32,846 nucleotides of DNA from a virus (Duplodnaviria; Heunggongvirae; Uroviricota; Caudoviricetes): positions 64,001-96,846 of the IMG/VR virus record IMGVR_UViG_3300014205_008670; one strand, written 5' to 3'. This document shows, one piece after another, positions 7,883-16,523 of this stretch. How positions within the stretch are numbered: the first letter of the stretch is position 1; every line of letters begins with the position of its first letter. The notes beneath the pieces were generated by a model. The model was given only the letters and a program-made list of their open reading frames with translations. It made no database searches and had not been told where the DNA came from. Made by a program: the position numbers and the translations under genes.

Positions 7883-10173
7883 TATAGATACATCTCCCTG
7901 TATGCTTCAACAATACTTCTTTCCCATTTTCTTTTTGCCATCCAAAGATAAATATTATACTGTTCCATATTATTAGTATGTCCACAACCTTCTTCTATTG
8001 ATATGAGATTAACGCTATTCTTGTAATCTTCAAAAATTTCCAAATGGACAACTGCTATTGTTATTTTTTTATCTTTATATTTTTCTATTATTTCAGGTAA
8101 AATATTTAAAAAGGCGACATGATCTCCTTTTCCACCAGTTATATGTATATATTTTTCGTCAGTATCATTATTTAAAAATTTTACTCTATTTAAAAAAATT
8201 ATTTCATCTTTCACCCAAAAAGATTTATCAGTATGAGATCTAATTCCACCATTTGTATTTTTAAAATGCCAAACCTTAATAGAAGGGTCAATAATTAAAT
8301 CCCAACCATTTTTAAACATTTCATATGTAAATAGAGTTTCTTCTCTATGACCGACTGGTGATAGATTCATATTATACCCATGATTTCCGGCTTTAACTCT
8401 ATATAAAAATGTACAATTTAAATGTTCTGTTTTAAATGGATCTTGTTTGTTTATATCATAAACAAACCACTGAGGATTTGGCTTACAGTCAACACAGTCT
8501 TCGATTTTTGTATTTAAATTGTTTACATGAGAAAAATTATAACTATCTGGGAATAAAACAAGACTTCCTGCTGCCCCAACATTTTCATCTTTAAAATGTT
8601 TTAATAAAGTTTCTAAAACATTTGATTCAGCATAAACGTCATCATCTAATCTCCAAATTAAATCTGTTTTCACCTTTCTTAATGCCATTTCATGATTAAA
8701 AACTTGACCATTCCCTCTTGAGTAAACTACTTCCCAAGTTATTCCATTTCTATGGAAAGCATTAAAAAGATTCATATAAACAGATTCTTTTGTTAGATCT
8801 CTTTTTTCTCCATCTTCAAATAACATAAAATGATCTGGTTTTACTGTTTGTCCTATAATACTGGCAATAGAAATAGGAAGGGTGTCAAAATACCTGTCCC
8901 TTGTTGATATAGTAGCAGTAACCGTTAATTTTTCCGATTTAAAAAACTGATAAACACCTTTTTTGTCACCTATATATAATGGCTCTAAATCAGGATATCT
9001 TTCTTTCATTATTTCTGGAGTAAGATCTTCCTGTATATGCTTTTCATATGGATTACCATATAGTTCATCTTGTTTATATTTCCAAGGAACATGAATAAGC
9101 CCATTAATAATTCCACTATCTTTTATTTTTTTAATTAGTTTTTTTGAATCTTCAATATTTATATGCTCAAGAACGTCACCTAAAACAACTAAATCATATT
9201 TGTTTTTATTAAAATCAAAAGTAACTGCATCTTCGAAATAAACATTGTTATAGATTTCTCTTAAACCATTTTGTATTATATTTGGCTCCCAAACCTCAAT
9301 TGCATCAACTATCTTATAATTTCTTTTTAAAAGTATTGAATAAATTCCTTCACCAGCACCTATATCTAAAACTTTAAGGTTTTTATCTGGATAATTATTA
9401 ATTAACCAGCTAATAGAAAGTTCTCTAAAGAAAGGGTAGCTTCCTCCACCGTGATTTTTATCACTCCCATATTTATTTTTTAATAACTGAGAGTTTTTAT
9501 CAAAAGATTCTTTATATTCTTTTATTTTTTTTACCGTTTCCCCACCCTTATGGTAAATAGGAAAGCCTCCAACAAAAAATCCCTTATCTTGATTAACAAA
9601 GAGTTTTTCATTCTTATATGGAACTTCTACTGTTTTATAGTTGCCATTTTGCGCCTTGATACAAAACTCACAATCTTCACCACCACCTAAACCAAACTCT
9701 TCATTTAATGGTCCAAACTTATCAAAAGATTCACGACTTATCATAACACAAAAAAATATTAAAAAATCTTTTCCAGAAAAAAAACAATGGTTTAAAACAG
9801 GTCCAGTTACAGCTACATTATCTTCTAAAAAAAACGGAAGTTCTAAGTGCTTTATCCATTTGTTTTTTTCTTGATCCAAAAGGATACAATCATCATTAAG
9901 AAGTATTAAAAATTCTCCAGAAGAAATAGATACTCCGTGATTTATTGCGGCTGGATATCCTATTGATTTTTTAAGACATTTAAAATCAAAAACAGTAGGA
10001 TATTCTTTTTTTTTGTTTTTTAAATAATCTAAAGACTCCTGCGGCGCTCCATTTAAAACTACTATAACTTCTATATTTTCTAAATTTGTAAATTTTATAA
10101 TACTATCTATACATTTTTTCATACCATCACAATTTGTGTAAGAAGGTATTATTATAGAATATTTTTTGTTCAT
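7882..10173 (-). CDS. Multidomain glycosyltransferase: GT2 - SAM methyltransferase - GT2 - GT9 N-terminal half
   Basis: N-terminal SIIIPSY..LLNDD (GT-A); VLDIGAGEG and YDLVVLGDVLEH (class I MTase); second GT-A domain ATISTRDRY..IWRLDDD; C-terminal ITGGKGDHVAF resembling the GT9 GGxGD motif. Confidence 0.85.
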   Translation of the reverse strand: MNKKYSIIIPSYTNCDGMKKCIDSIIKFTNLENIEVIVVLNGAPQESLDYLKNKKKEYPTVFDFKCLKKSIGYPAAINHGVSISSGEFLILLNDDCILLDQEKNKWIKHLELPFFLEDNVAVTGPVLNHCFFSGKDFLIFFCVMISRESFDKFGPLNEEFGLGGGEDCEFCIKAQNGNYKTVEVPYKNEKLFVNQDKGFFVGGFPIYHKGGETVKKIKEYKESFDKNSQLLKNKYGSDKNHGGGSYPFFRELSISWLINNYPDKNLKVLDIGAGEGIYSILLKRNYKIVDAIEVWEPNIIQNGLREIYNNVYFEDAVTFDFNKNKYDLVVLGDVLEHINIEDSKKLIKKIKDSGIINGLIHVPWKYKQDELYGNPYEKHIQEDLTPEIMKERYPDLEPLYIGDKKGVYQFFKSEKLTVTATISTRDRYFDTLPISIASIIGQTVKPDHFMLFEDGEKRDLTKESVYMNLFNAFHRNGITWEVVYSRGNGQVFNHEMALRKVKTDLIWRLDDDVYAESNVLETLLKHFKDENVGAAGSLVLFPDSYNFSHVNNLNTKIEDCVDCKPNPQWFVYDINKQDPFKTEHLNCTFLYRVKAGNHGYNMNLSPVGHREETLFTYEMFKNGWDLIIDPSIKVWHFKNTNGGIRSHTDKSFWVKDEIIFLNRVKFLNNDTDEKYIHITGGKGDHVAFLNILPEIIEKYKDKKITIAVVHLEIFEDYKNSVNLISIEEGCGHTNNMEQYNIYLWMAKRKWERSIVEAYREMYL

Positions 10174-10175
10174 AG

Positions 10176-11351
10176 TTATTCCCTTAGTAATTTTTTATAT
10201 AGATTATAATGCTTGTCTGCCGAGCTTTCCCATGTAAATTTTTTACAAACATTATATCCATTTTCTATCATTTTACTTTTTCTATCTTCCGACATATCCT
10301 TTAACCCATAAAGAGTTTTTGAAATTCCCTCAGAAGATAAATCTTCTATTTTTATAGCACAGTTTTCTGTAAGATATTCATTCATACCACCAACAAACGA
10401 AGCTATCAATGGAGTTCCACAGGCCAAAAATTCAAGACCAACTAATCCAAATGGCTCGTATATACTTGGAAAAATTCCATAATCAGCACTTTTCATACAA
10501 TTTATCTTATCTTCACCGGATCTAAACCCTATATATTTGACATTTTTTTTAGATTTTAAAACTTCTGACATAAAAACAAATATATCAGGATTTGAACCAA
10601 TAAACCCTCCCATTATTATCAAGTCCATATACTCCGGTATATCTGCTCTTAATAAGTTTAAGATGTTCTTCATTAAATCTAATCTTCCACAAAATAAAAC
10701 TTTTATTTTATTATCTCCATCAAGTTCTATCTTTTTAAAATTAAGATTGTTTATGTAGTTAAAGTCTACACCATGATGAATAACATTATATTTGCCATGA
10801 ATACATGATTTTTTTCCATCTATTTTATTTAAAAATATTCTTTCATTACTTTTTAAAATTGCTAATTGTTCCAATGCTCCAGCATATTTCATTGTTTCTT
10901 TTTCAACACTTTTAGCATCAAAAAAATCTTCCTTATATTTAATTAGTTCTTCTGCCATCATAGAAATACTTAACTGTAAACTAAAAACTGTTTTTATGCT
11001 ATAGTCAAAATAATCTAAAATAGCCAATGTTAATGGAACTGAAGTCCAATCTTGAAAGTGAATTATATCTGGTTTTTGTATATTTCTTAAAGCAGTAGAT
11101 ATAGATAAAGGAACACTATCTAATACAGATATTATTGGATCTGTAGATTTATATAAGGTTGAGTTTTTGCTTATTGATATTATTTTTATTTTATCATATT
11201 GTTTAACTTCGTTTACGTTGCAAATACATATTATTTCTATTTCAATGTCATCATATTTGTCTACTAAAGAATGTATTATTTCTTTTACAGAAGATCCTAA
11301 TCCACCAAAAGAGTGGTAAATATGATCTCCAATTATATATAATATTTTCAT
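10176..11351 (-). CDS. GT4 family glycosyltransferase (GT-B fold)
   Basis: GGLGSSV, PDIIHFQDW, IHHGVD, FCGRLDLMKN, PSIYEPFGLVGLEFLACGTPLIASFVGGMNE, FTWESSA. Confidence 0.92.
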   Translation of the reverse strand: MKILYIIGDHIYHSFGGLGSSVKEIIHSLVDKYDDIEIEIICICNVNEVKQYDKIKIISISKNSTLYKSTDPIISVLDSVPLSISTALRNIQKPDIIHFQDWTSVPLTLAILDYFDYSIKTVFSLQLSISMMAEELIKYKEDFFDAKSVEKETMKYAGALEQLAILKSNERIFLNKIDGKKSCIHGKYNVIHHGVDFNYINNLNFKKIELDGDNKIKVLFCGRLDLMKNILNLLRADIPEYMDLIIMGGFIGSNPDIFVFMSEVLKSKKNVKYIGFRSGEDKINCMKSADYGIFPSIYEPFGLVGLEFLACGTPLIASFVGGMNEYLTENCAIKIEDLSSEGISKTLYGLKDMSEDRKSKMIENGYNVCKKFTWESSADKHYNLYKKLLRE

Positions 11352-13840
11352 ATATCAAAAGCGGCGACCTTGTATGTAGTTGTATTAGTCTGAGAAGTTG
11401 TTGCTAAATTATAAAACCTTAAATTTAAATCAGGGTTCGTACCAGACATCCATGCAGTTTGTAGTACGATAAAACTTCCAGACATTTCTAAGGCGCCTGT
11501 TATTAACCCACCAACAGATCCATAATAAAATCCAAAAAGAGGTCTTCCGGCTGGAAGTGAATTATAACAAAATATTGACTCATCAAGATATACTCCTATT
11601 GCATAGGTATAACATTCTTGATATGTGGTTCTTGGGCGCATACAATAAGTATGATCAGTAAAGACCATCATAAATTGACCAAACCTAGTTGCATAGCTGG
11701 AAGCAGCAGCATCCAACTCTTTGTCAAATGTTCCGAAATTTATTCCTTGAAAATTAAAAGTAACAATATCGTTTTTTGCCACTTCTGTTGCTGAATCTGA
11801 ATTTCCGGGACCTATTGTAAGCATTGTATTTAAATCTAAAGATCTGATTGTAGCGTCTGAGGTTGTGTTTGGAAAAAAAGCAATTAAAGCTCTTTTTTTA
11901 TTAGTTAATCCAGCTAAACTTATTGTATTTGTTATGCCCGTTGTCGCTGAAATTGCAGCACCAGCATTTATTTGAAATGTAGTTATTACAATATTAGTTG
12001 AAGATAAAAACGTTACATTTTCTCTATGATAATCGTCTGGAGTAAAAATTCCTCCAGACTCAAATCTAGCCTTAGGAGATCCTCCGGCTGTTATTCCAAT
12101 ACTATCAGCAGCATTATGAAATATACCAGTGTTTGTGTCTGTTGAAAAATAAATAGAGGGAACACCTGAAGTTCCTTCTATAAATTGTGATACTGTTTGT
12201 AAATAAATTTTTGAACCAGATAAATTTACATCTCCTACAGCAGACCCTAATGTTGATCCTCCATATAAATTTACATCCCCCCCATCACCATCTCCAAAAC
12301 TACCATCAAAATAAGTCCCAGCAGTCCCACCAGTTATTGTAATATCACCCCCATTGGCTGTTGATGAGCTTGTAGTTGATCCTCCATGACCACCTGTAAT
12401 TACTATTCCTGGTGGCAACCCAGAAGCAGTTCCACTTTTACCGCTTACCGTGAGACCGTATAATAATAAAATATCATTTGCATTAGATGCTTCTTTTGAA
12501 AATCTTGCAATAGCAACACCGCTTCTGGTTATATTTAAAGAATCAGCAGCAGATGAAAAAATACCTGTATTTAAATCTCCAGTAAACGTATAAGATGGGG
12601 TTCCAGATAATCCAGAACCTGCAATATGCAAACCGCTTGTATATTCATAAAAAGAATTTATTATATTATAAGCAGAGTTTTTCGATGGTGCTATTGTTGT
12701 TACAGTGCTCCACGAAGATGCATATGCTGTATCTGAAACATTTGCAGTTCCTGAATAACCAGAGATACCTGAATAACCACTATATCCAGATATACCAGAA
12801 TCTCCTGAAAACCCGGAAATACCAGAATCACCATTACTTCCCGAAAAACCAGAATACCCTGAGTAACCACTTATTCCATTGGTTCCTGAATAACCCGAAT
12901 CACCATCTATTCCATTAATTCCTGAATAACCAGAGTATCCTGAGTATCCAGAAGATGTATCTTGAGTTTGATTAATAAATCCTAAAGCTAAAAAATAATC
13001 AAGTGAATTTACGTTAGACCACTCACCCTCATATCCATATCCATATGAATATCCGTATAATAAAATGTCTCCTTCTGAAAGAGAATATAAACTAATATCA
13101 TTAATACTGTCTAATGAAGTTATTGTTTCTCCAGAATAGCCGCTATATCCAGAATATCCGCTAGTCCCTTCTGTTCCTACCGTTCCATTTTGACCACTAT
13201 AACCAGAATAACCAGAATATCCCGAATAACCAGAATCACCGTCTATTCCTACTGTTCCATTTTGACCACTATATCCAGAATAGCCAGAAACTTGATCTAT
13301 ATTTGATGATATAGTTAATGTGTTTAATGTATCGTTATATTCTATTGATATATTATTTCCCTCAACCAAAAGGGAGCTTATTCTATCGTCTATTTTTTCA
13401 TTAAAATCAGTAATTGATTCTGATGTATGGGTATGATCTGATCTTGAAACATTTGTTGATATTCCATTATTGTCAAAATTTGCTTTTAATATAGCTCCAC
13501 TATCTACTTTTAATCCATCACCGACAATATATGTTGTTGGTCCTCCCTTTAATGAAGTAGATGAATTTTTTCTTGCACTTGCTAAAGATTCTGATTTTGC
13601 TGGAGAAATATTTGAAATTCTATTATTATTTTCATCATATAAATACAAGGTTTCTTCTTGTATAAGTGTATCTAAATTTCTAGACATACTTATTTGTTCT
13701 AAAGTTCTTAATTTTTTACCATAAATATTTGGTGCTAATAGGTCTATTCTATCTCCAATATTTTTAATTAAAATATCAAGATCTTTAATATATACATTGT
13801 TCTTTCTGGCTTCAATTATTCTTTTTATAGATTTAGACAT
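11348..13840 (-). CDS. Tail-fibre/spike-like structural protein with collagen-like (SGY)n repeats
   Basis: Phage fibre-type motifs SRSDHTH, ITDFNEKIDDRI..LVEGNNISIEYND, SDTAY..SW..APSKN, and two copies of PS.F..D.NTGIF..AADS. Two Gly-X-X repeat blocks and Gly-rich GGDITITGG/GGDVNLYGG repeats. Confidence 0.75.
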   Translation of the reverse strand: MSKSIKRIIEARKNNVYIKDLDILIKNIGDRIDLLAPNIYGKKLRTLEQISMSRNLDTLIQEETLYLYDENNNRISNISPAKSESLASARKNSSTSLKGGPTTYIVGDGLKVDSGAILKANFDNNGISTNVSRSDHTHTSESITDFNEKIDDRISSLLVEGNNISIEYNDTLNTLTISSNIDQVSGYSGYSGQNGTVGIDGDSGYSGYSGYSGYSGQNGTVGTEGTSGYSGYSGYSGETITSLDSINDISLYSLSEGDILLYGYSYGYGYEGEWSNVNSLDYFLALGFINQTQDTSSGYSGYSGYSGINGIDGDSGYSGTNGISGYSGYSGFSGSNGDSGISGFSGDSGISGYSGYSGISGYSGTANVSDTAYASSWSTVTTIAPSKNSAYNIINSFYEYTSGLHIAGSGLSGTPSYTFTGDLNTGIFSSAADSLNITRSGVAIARFSKEASNANDILLLYGLTVSGKSGTASGLPPGIVITGGHGGSTTSSSTANGGDITITGGTAGTYFDGSFGDGDGGDVNLYGGSTLGSAVGDVNLSGSKIYLQTVSQFIEGTSGVPSIYFSTDTNTGIFHNAADSIGITAGGSPKARFESGGIFTPDDYHRENVTFLSSTNIVITTFQINAGAAISATTGITNTISLAGLTNKKRALIAFFPNTTSDATIRSLDLNTMLTIGPGNSDSATEVAKNDIVTFNFQGINFGTFDKELDAAASSYATRFGQFMMVFTDHTYCMRPRTTYQECYTYAIGVYLDESIFCYNSLPAGRPLFGFYYGSVGGLITGALEMSGSFIVLQTAWMSGTNPDLNLRFYNLATTSQTNTTTYKVAAFDI
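12749..13288 (-). repeat. Two 9-nt-period coding repeat blocks (13130-13288 and 12749-12952) encoding S-G-Y / x-G-x triplets, with a 72-nt internal duplication
   Basis: Gly at every third residue over 53 aa and 68 aa. CCTAC(C/T)GTTCCATTTTGACCACTAT recurs 72 nt apart (~13176 and ~13248). Confidence 0.9.
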
Positions 13841-13853
13841 CTAAAAACAACCC

Positions 13854-14378
13854 CTAGATAATTAAATCAAAATAGTCTAATGTATTATATTTTATACCAT
13901 AACCATAGCTATAATTTTTATTAAAAATGTCATCAAAACTATATCCATACCCATAATCAAAGGATATTCTTTCCGTATTTATCATAAGATTTTTTATTAA
14001 TAAAGTAAGGAATATTTTTGAAGATTGATTTAAAATATCTATAAGGTCTATTTTATTTTGAATAGTTAATTTTTCACCAACACTTTCGTCATTTATCGAC
14101 CTAATTTCCAAACTACTCCACCCAGTTTCGGGGTTAAATAGAATTGGATTAATTTTTTTTAATATTTCATATGGACCCAAATTAACTAGTATTGTTTCTA
14201 CAAACTGTCTAATCGCAAAACCACCTACATTGTTAAAGCTTTTAGGTGTTGGGAAAGATAGTACAATATTCCAAAAATCACTTTTTCTATTTAAAATGTC
14301 TGATAAGTAAATTGCTAGTGCAATTTTTTCTAGATCTTTTGGTAATCCAAAATTTAAACCAAGATTTGTGTTTAACAT
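13854..14378 (-). CDS. Hypothetical protein with YGYG motifs
   Basis: 174-aa ORF directly upstream of the fibre gene; C-terminal DYGYGYSF and NYSYGYG. Confidence 0.65.
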   Translation of the reverse strand: MLNTNLGLNFGLPKDLEKIALAIYLSDILNRKSDFWNIVLSFPTPKSFNNVGGFAIRQFVETILVNLGPYEILKKINPILFNPETGWSSLEIRSINDESVGEKLTIQNKIDLIDILNQSSKIFLTLLIKNLMINTERISFDYGYGYSFDDIFNKNYSYGYGIKYNTLDYFDLII

Positions 14379-14379
14379 T

Positions 14380-14904
14380 TCAAAAATTATTATCCACCTT
14401 TTTTAGATTAAAAGGTTTTTGATGTTTTTTTTTATTCAAATATTCGTATATTTTTTTATTATGTCTAGCATCATCTAAAGCGTTGTGTTCCCCCTCTTCT
14501 TGTTCTGGGACACTACTAACATTTAAATCATGTTTTAATTGTTGCAAATCATATGTCCACATTGGAAAACCCTTTGGTAAATCCATCATAGTTCCAAAGA
14601 GTTGGCAAAAAACAACCCAATCATAAGATCCATAATTTGTTACAAAAATAGGACTATCGTCTTTTGATATAAATTTCAATATTTCATTGGCTATTTGTTG
14701 ATTTGATTTTCTATTGTTTTTAGAAACATTTAATTTTGATATTACGTTTTCTTTAACCCAATCAGATGCTGAACTTTCGTCAAATTCATTAGAAACAGAA
14801 TAATATTCTCTTTCATCGTCAGAGACAATCCCTATCGAAATAAATTGAATTGGTTTTTTGGGTCCGCTTTCTATAAATTCTGTATCAAAAAAATAAATGC
14901 TCAT
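14380..14904 (-). CDS. DEDDh 3'-5' exoribonuclease, RNase AS (Rv2179c/DUF5051)-like
   Basis: YFFDTEF, ISIGIVSDD.REYY, SDWVKENV, YGSYDWVVFCQLFGTMMDLPKGFP, HNALDDARHN. Confidence 0.88.
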   Translation of the reverse strand: MSIYFFDTEFIESGPKKPIQFISIGIVSDDEREYYSVSNEFDESSASDWVKENVISKLNVSKNNRKSNQQIANEILKFISKDDSPIFVTNYGSYDWVVFCQLFGTMMDLPKGFPMWTYDLQQLKHDLNVSSVPEQEEGEHNALDDARHNKKIYEYLNKKKHQKPFNLKKVDNNF

Positions 14905-14907
14905 ATT

Positions 14908-16167
14908 TTATGCCTTTATTTTATACCAATTATTTTCTGAAATTTTATTTTGTGGCACATACTTTTCTTTTATTTCATTTATCATACTTTCTCTTTCTAT
15001 ATCAGAAATTTCATTTCCCTTTCTGTTTATAAATGGTCTAATTATCTTGAACTTTTCCTCTTTTAACATTTGATCAATAAAAGAGTTTTCCGTATTTTCA
15101 GCCCTAGACTCATCATCTGGATCTCCATCTTTTGATGTCATTTTTACAGTATGTTCTGCCTCATGTGCGATAACAGATCCCATCGCAAGTTTTAAAACCT
15201 CATCATACATAGTTAAAACCAAATCCCCTAACCCAGAGGATATAGCTCCAGCTTCAACTTGTGACATAAGTTCTTCTGTTGTTGTTGCTATTTTTAATGG
15301 ATTTACACGAAAGGCTATTGCACCTTTATTGAATTCCTCTTCTAATTTTTTTATAATTTCAATAGCATCTGATTCCTTTATTTCGTCAGGATACCCGCTT
15401 AATTCATTTATTATTTTTATCTTTGCTAGTTTTGATTGTAGCTCAGTTTCAACTATTCCATATGGTCCTGATTCACCAGAACTCATTATATATATAGTTT
15501 TATTTAAAACAGGAGCAAACTTACTAGCATCGTTTATTGCTTCATTTACAATTTTAGAGTCGAAATTATTTTCTAATTTTGCAGAATCATTAATTGGTCC
15601 GTATTCTGTTTTTGTTAAATCATCATTTCCAGTAATATGGTTTATTAATTCTTGCTTACTTACCATATTTTCTTGATATTGAGATTCTTTTTTAAAAATA
15701 AAATTTCTTGCTTGTTTCTCCAAATCATCATCTAGTTCTTCTCTATATATTTTTATTGCAATTTCAGGATCTTTTAAAAAGGTTTTTTTGATATAATTAA
15801 ATTCTATTTCATCTTCTTCCGTGTCTCCCAAATTTCTTTTAATTTCTTCCCAATTTGGATTTTCAGAATTTAATTGTTCGTAAATATTAAATAACCAATT
15901 TTCTAGAGAATCACAACATGATTTAAATGACTTTTTAATTCTAAAATTAGATTCTGAAAATATTTCGTTTCCATTATTTTTTAACATTTCATTCTTCATT
16001 ATTTTATCTTTATTTTCCAACCAAATTGCTTGAAGCTGTTCTCCAGAAAGATCCTTTGTATAAAAATTATTAGACCATTCTCTTCCAACATATTGTTCTA
16101 ATAGCTTAATTATTGTTTCTGGATCATCTGGAGAAACTACAGTATTTATATCAATAAAATCTTGCAT
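14908..16167 (-). CDS. Hypothetical acidic protein with HExxH...ExxA motif
   Basis: 419-aa ORF; SVIAHEAEH followed by DESRAE; ends in NWYKIKA. Confidence 0.6.
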   Translation of the reverse strand: MQDFIDINTVVSPDDPETIIKLLEQYVGREWSNNFYTKDLSGEQLQAIWLENKDKIMKNEMLKNNGNEIFSESNFRIKKSFKSCCDSLENWLFNIYEQLNSENPNWEEIKRNLGDTEEDEIEFNYIKKTFLKDPEIAIKIYREELDDDLEKQARNFIFKKESQYQENMVSKQELINHITGNDDLTKTEYGPINDSAKLENNFDSKIVNEAINDASKFAPVLNKTIYIMSSGESGPYGIVETELQSKLAKIKIINELSGYPDEIKESDAIEIIKKLEEEFNKGAIAFRVNPLKIATTTEELMSQVEAGAISSGLGDLVLTMYDEVLKLAMGSVIAHEAEHTVKMTSKDGDPDDESRAENTENSFIDQMLKEEKFKIIRPFINRKGNEISDIERESMINEIKEKYVPQNKISENNWYKIKA

Positions 16168-16523
16168 TAAACAATCTCTTGAGAAATAGTAGAAGGATCT
16201 GGATGTCTTGTTTCGTCTAATGTTGGAGGTGCGCTTGTCATATTAATAAAATCTGAGGCAACAGAAACTAACCTTATTGCTTCTGCATTAAATCCATTAG
16301 AAAGTAAAAAATCTAACGCTTCTAATGCCTGTTGAGCAACCCCCTCATCAATACCGCCAGCTTGGGCTGCAAATTCCCTAATTCTTAATTGATCTTCAGA
16401 AATAGTATTAGATTGAGACCTTTTAAACATTAAAAGATTTTTCCTATCTCCATCACTTAGTATTTTTAGCCCCATTATATTTGATGATAAAAATGGTTTA
16501 TCTTGGGTGTTTGATATATTCAT
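16167..16523 (-). CDS. Hypothetical protein
   Basis: 118-aa ORF with AAGGAG SD and TAATG coupling to the next gene. Confidence 0.65.
   Translation of the reverse strand: MNISNTQDKPFLSSNIMGLKILSDGDRKNLLMFKRSQSNTISEDQLRIREFAAQAGGIDEGVAQQALEALDFLLSNGFNAEAIRLVSVASDFINMTSAPPTLDETRHPDPSTISQEIV

Noticed and set aside
7870-7900. Frameshift pseudogene at the GT9 split
   Set aside because: Clean TAATG overlap with an SD upstream of the second ATG indicates translational coupling; read-level confirmation is still advisable.
12749-13288. CRISPR array or DGR template/variable repeat
   Set aside because: The 9-nt period is in-frame coding with synonymous variation and no spacers. There is no adenine-specific mismatch pair and no reverse transcriptase or cas gene in the window.
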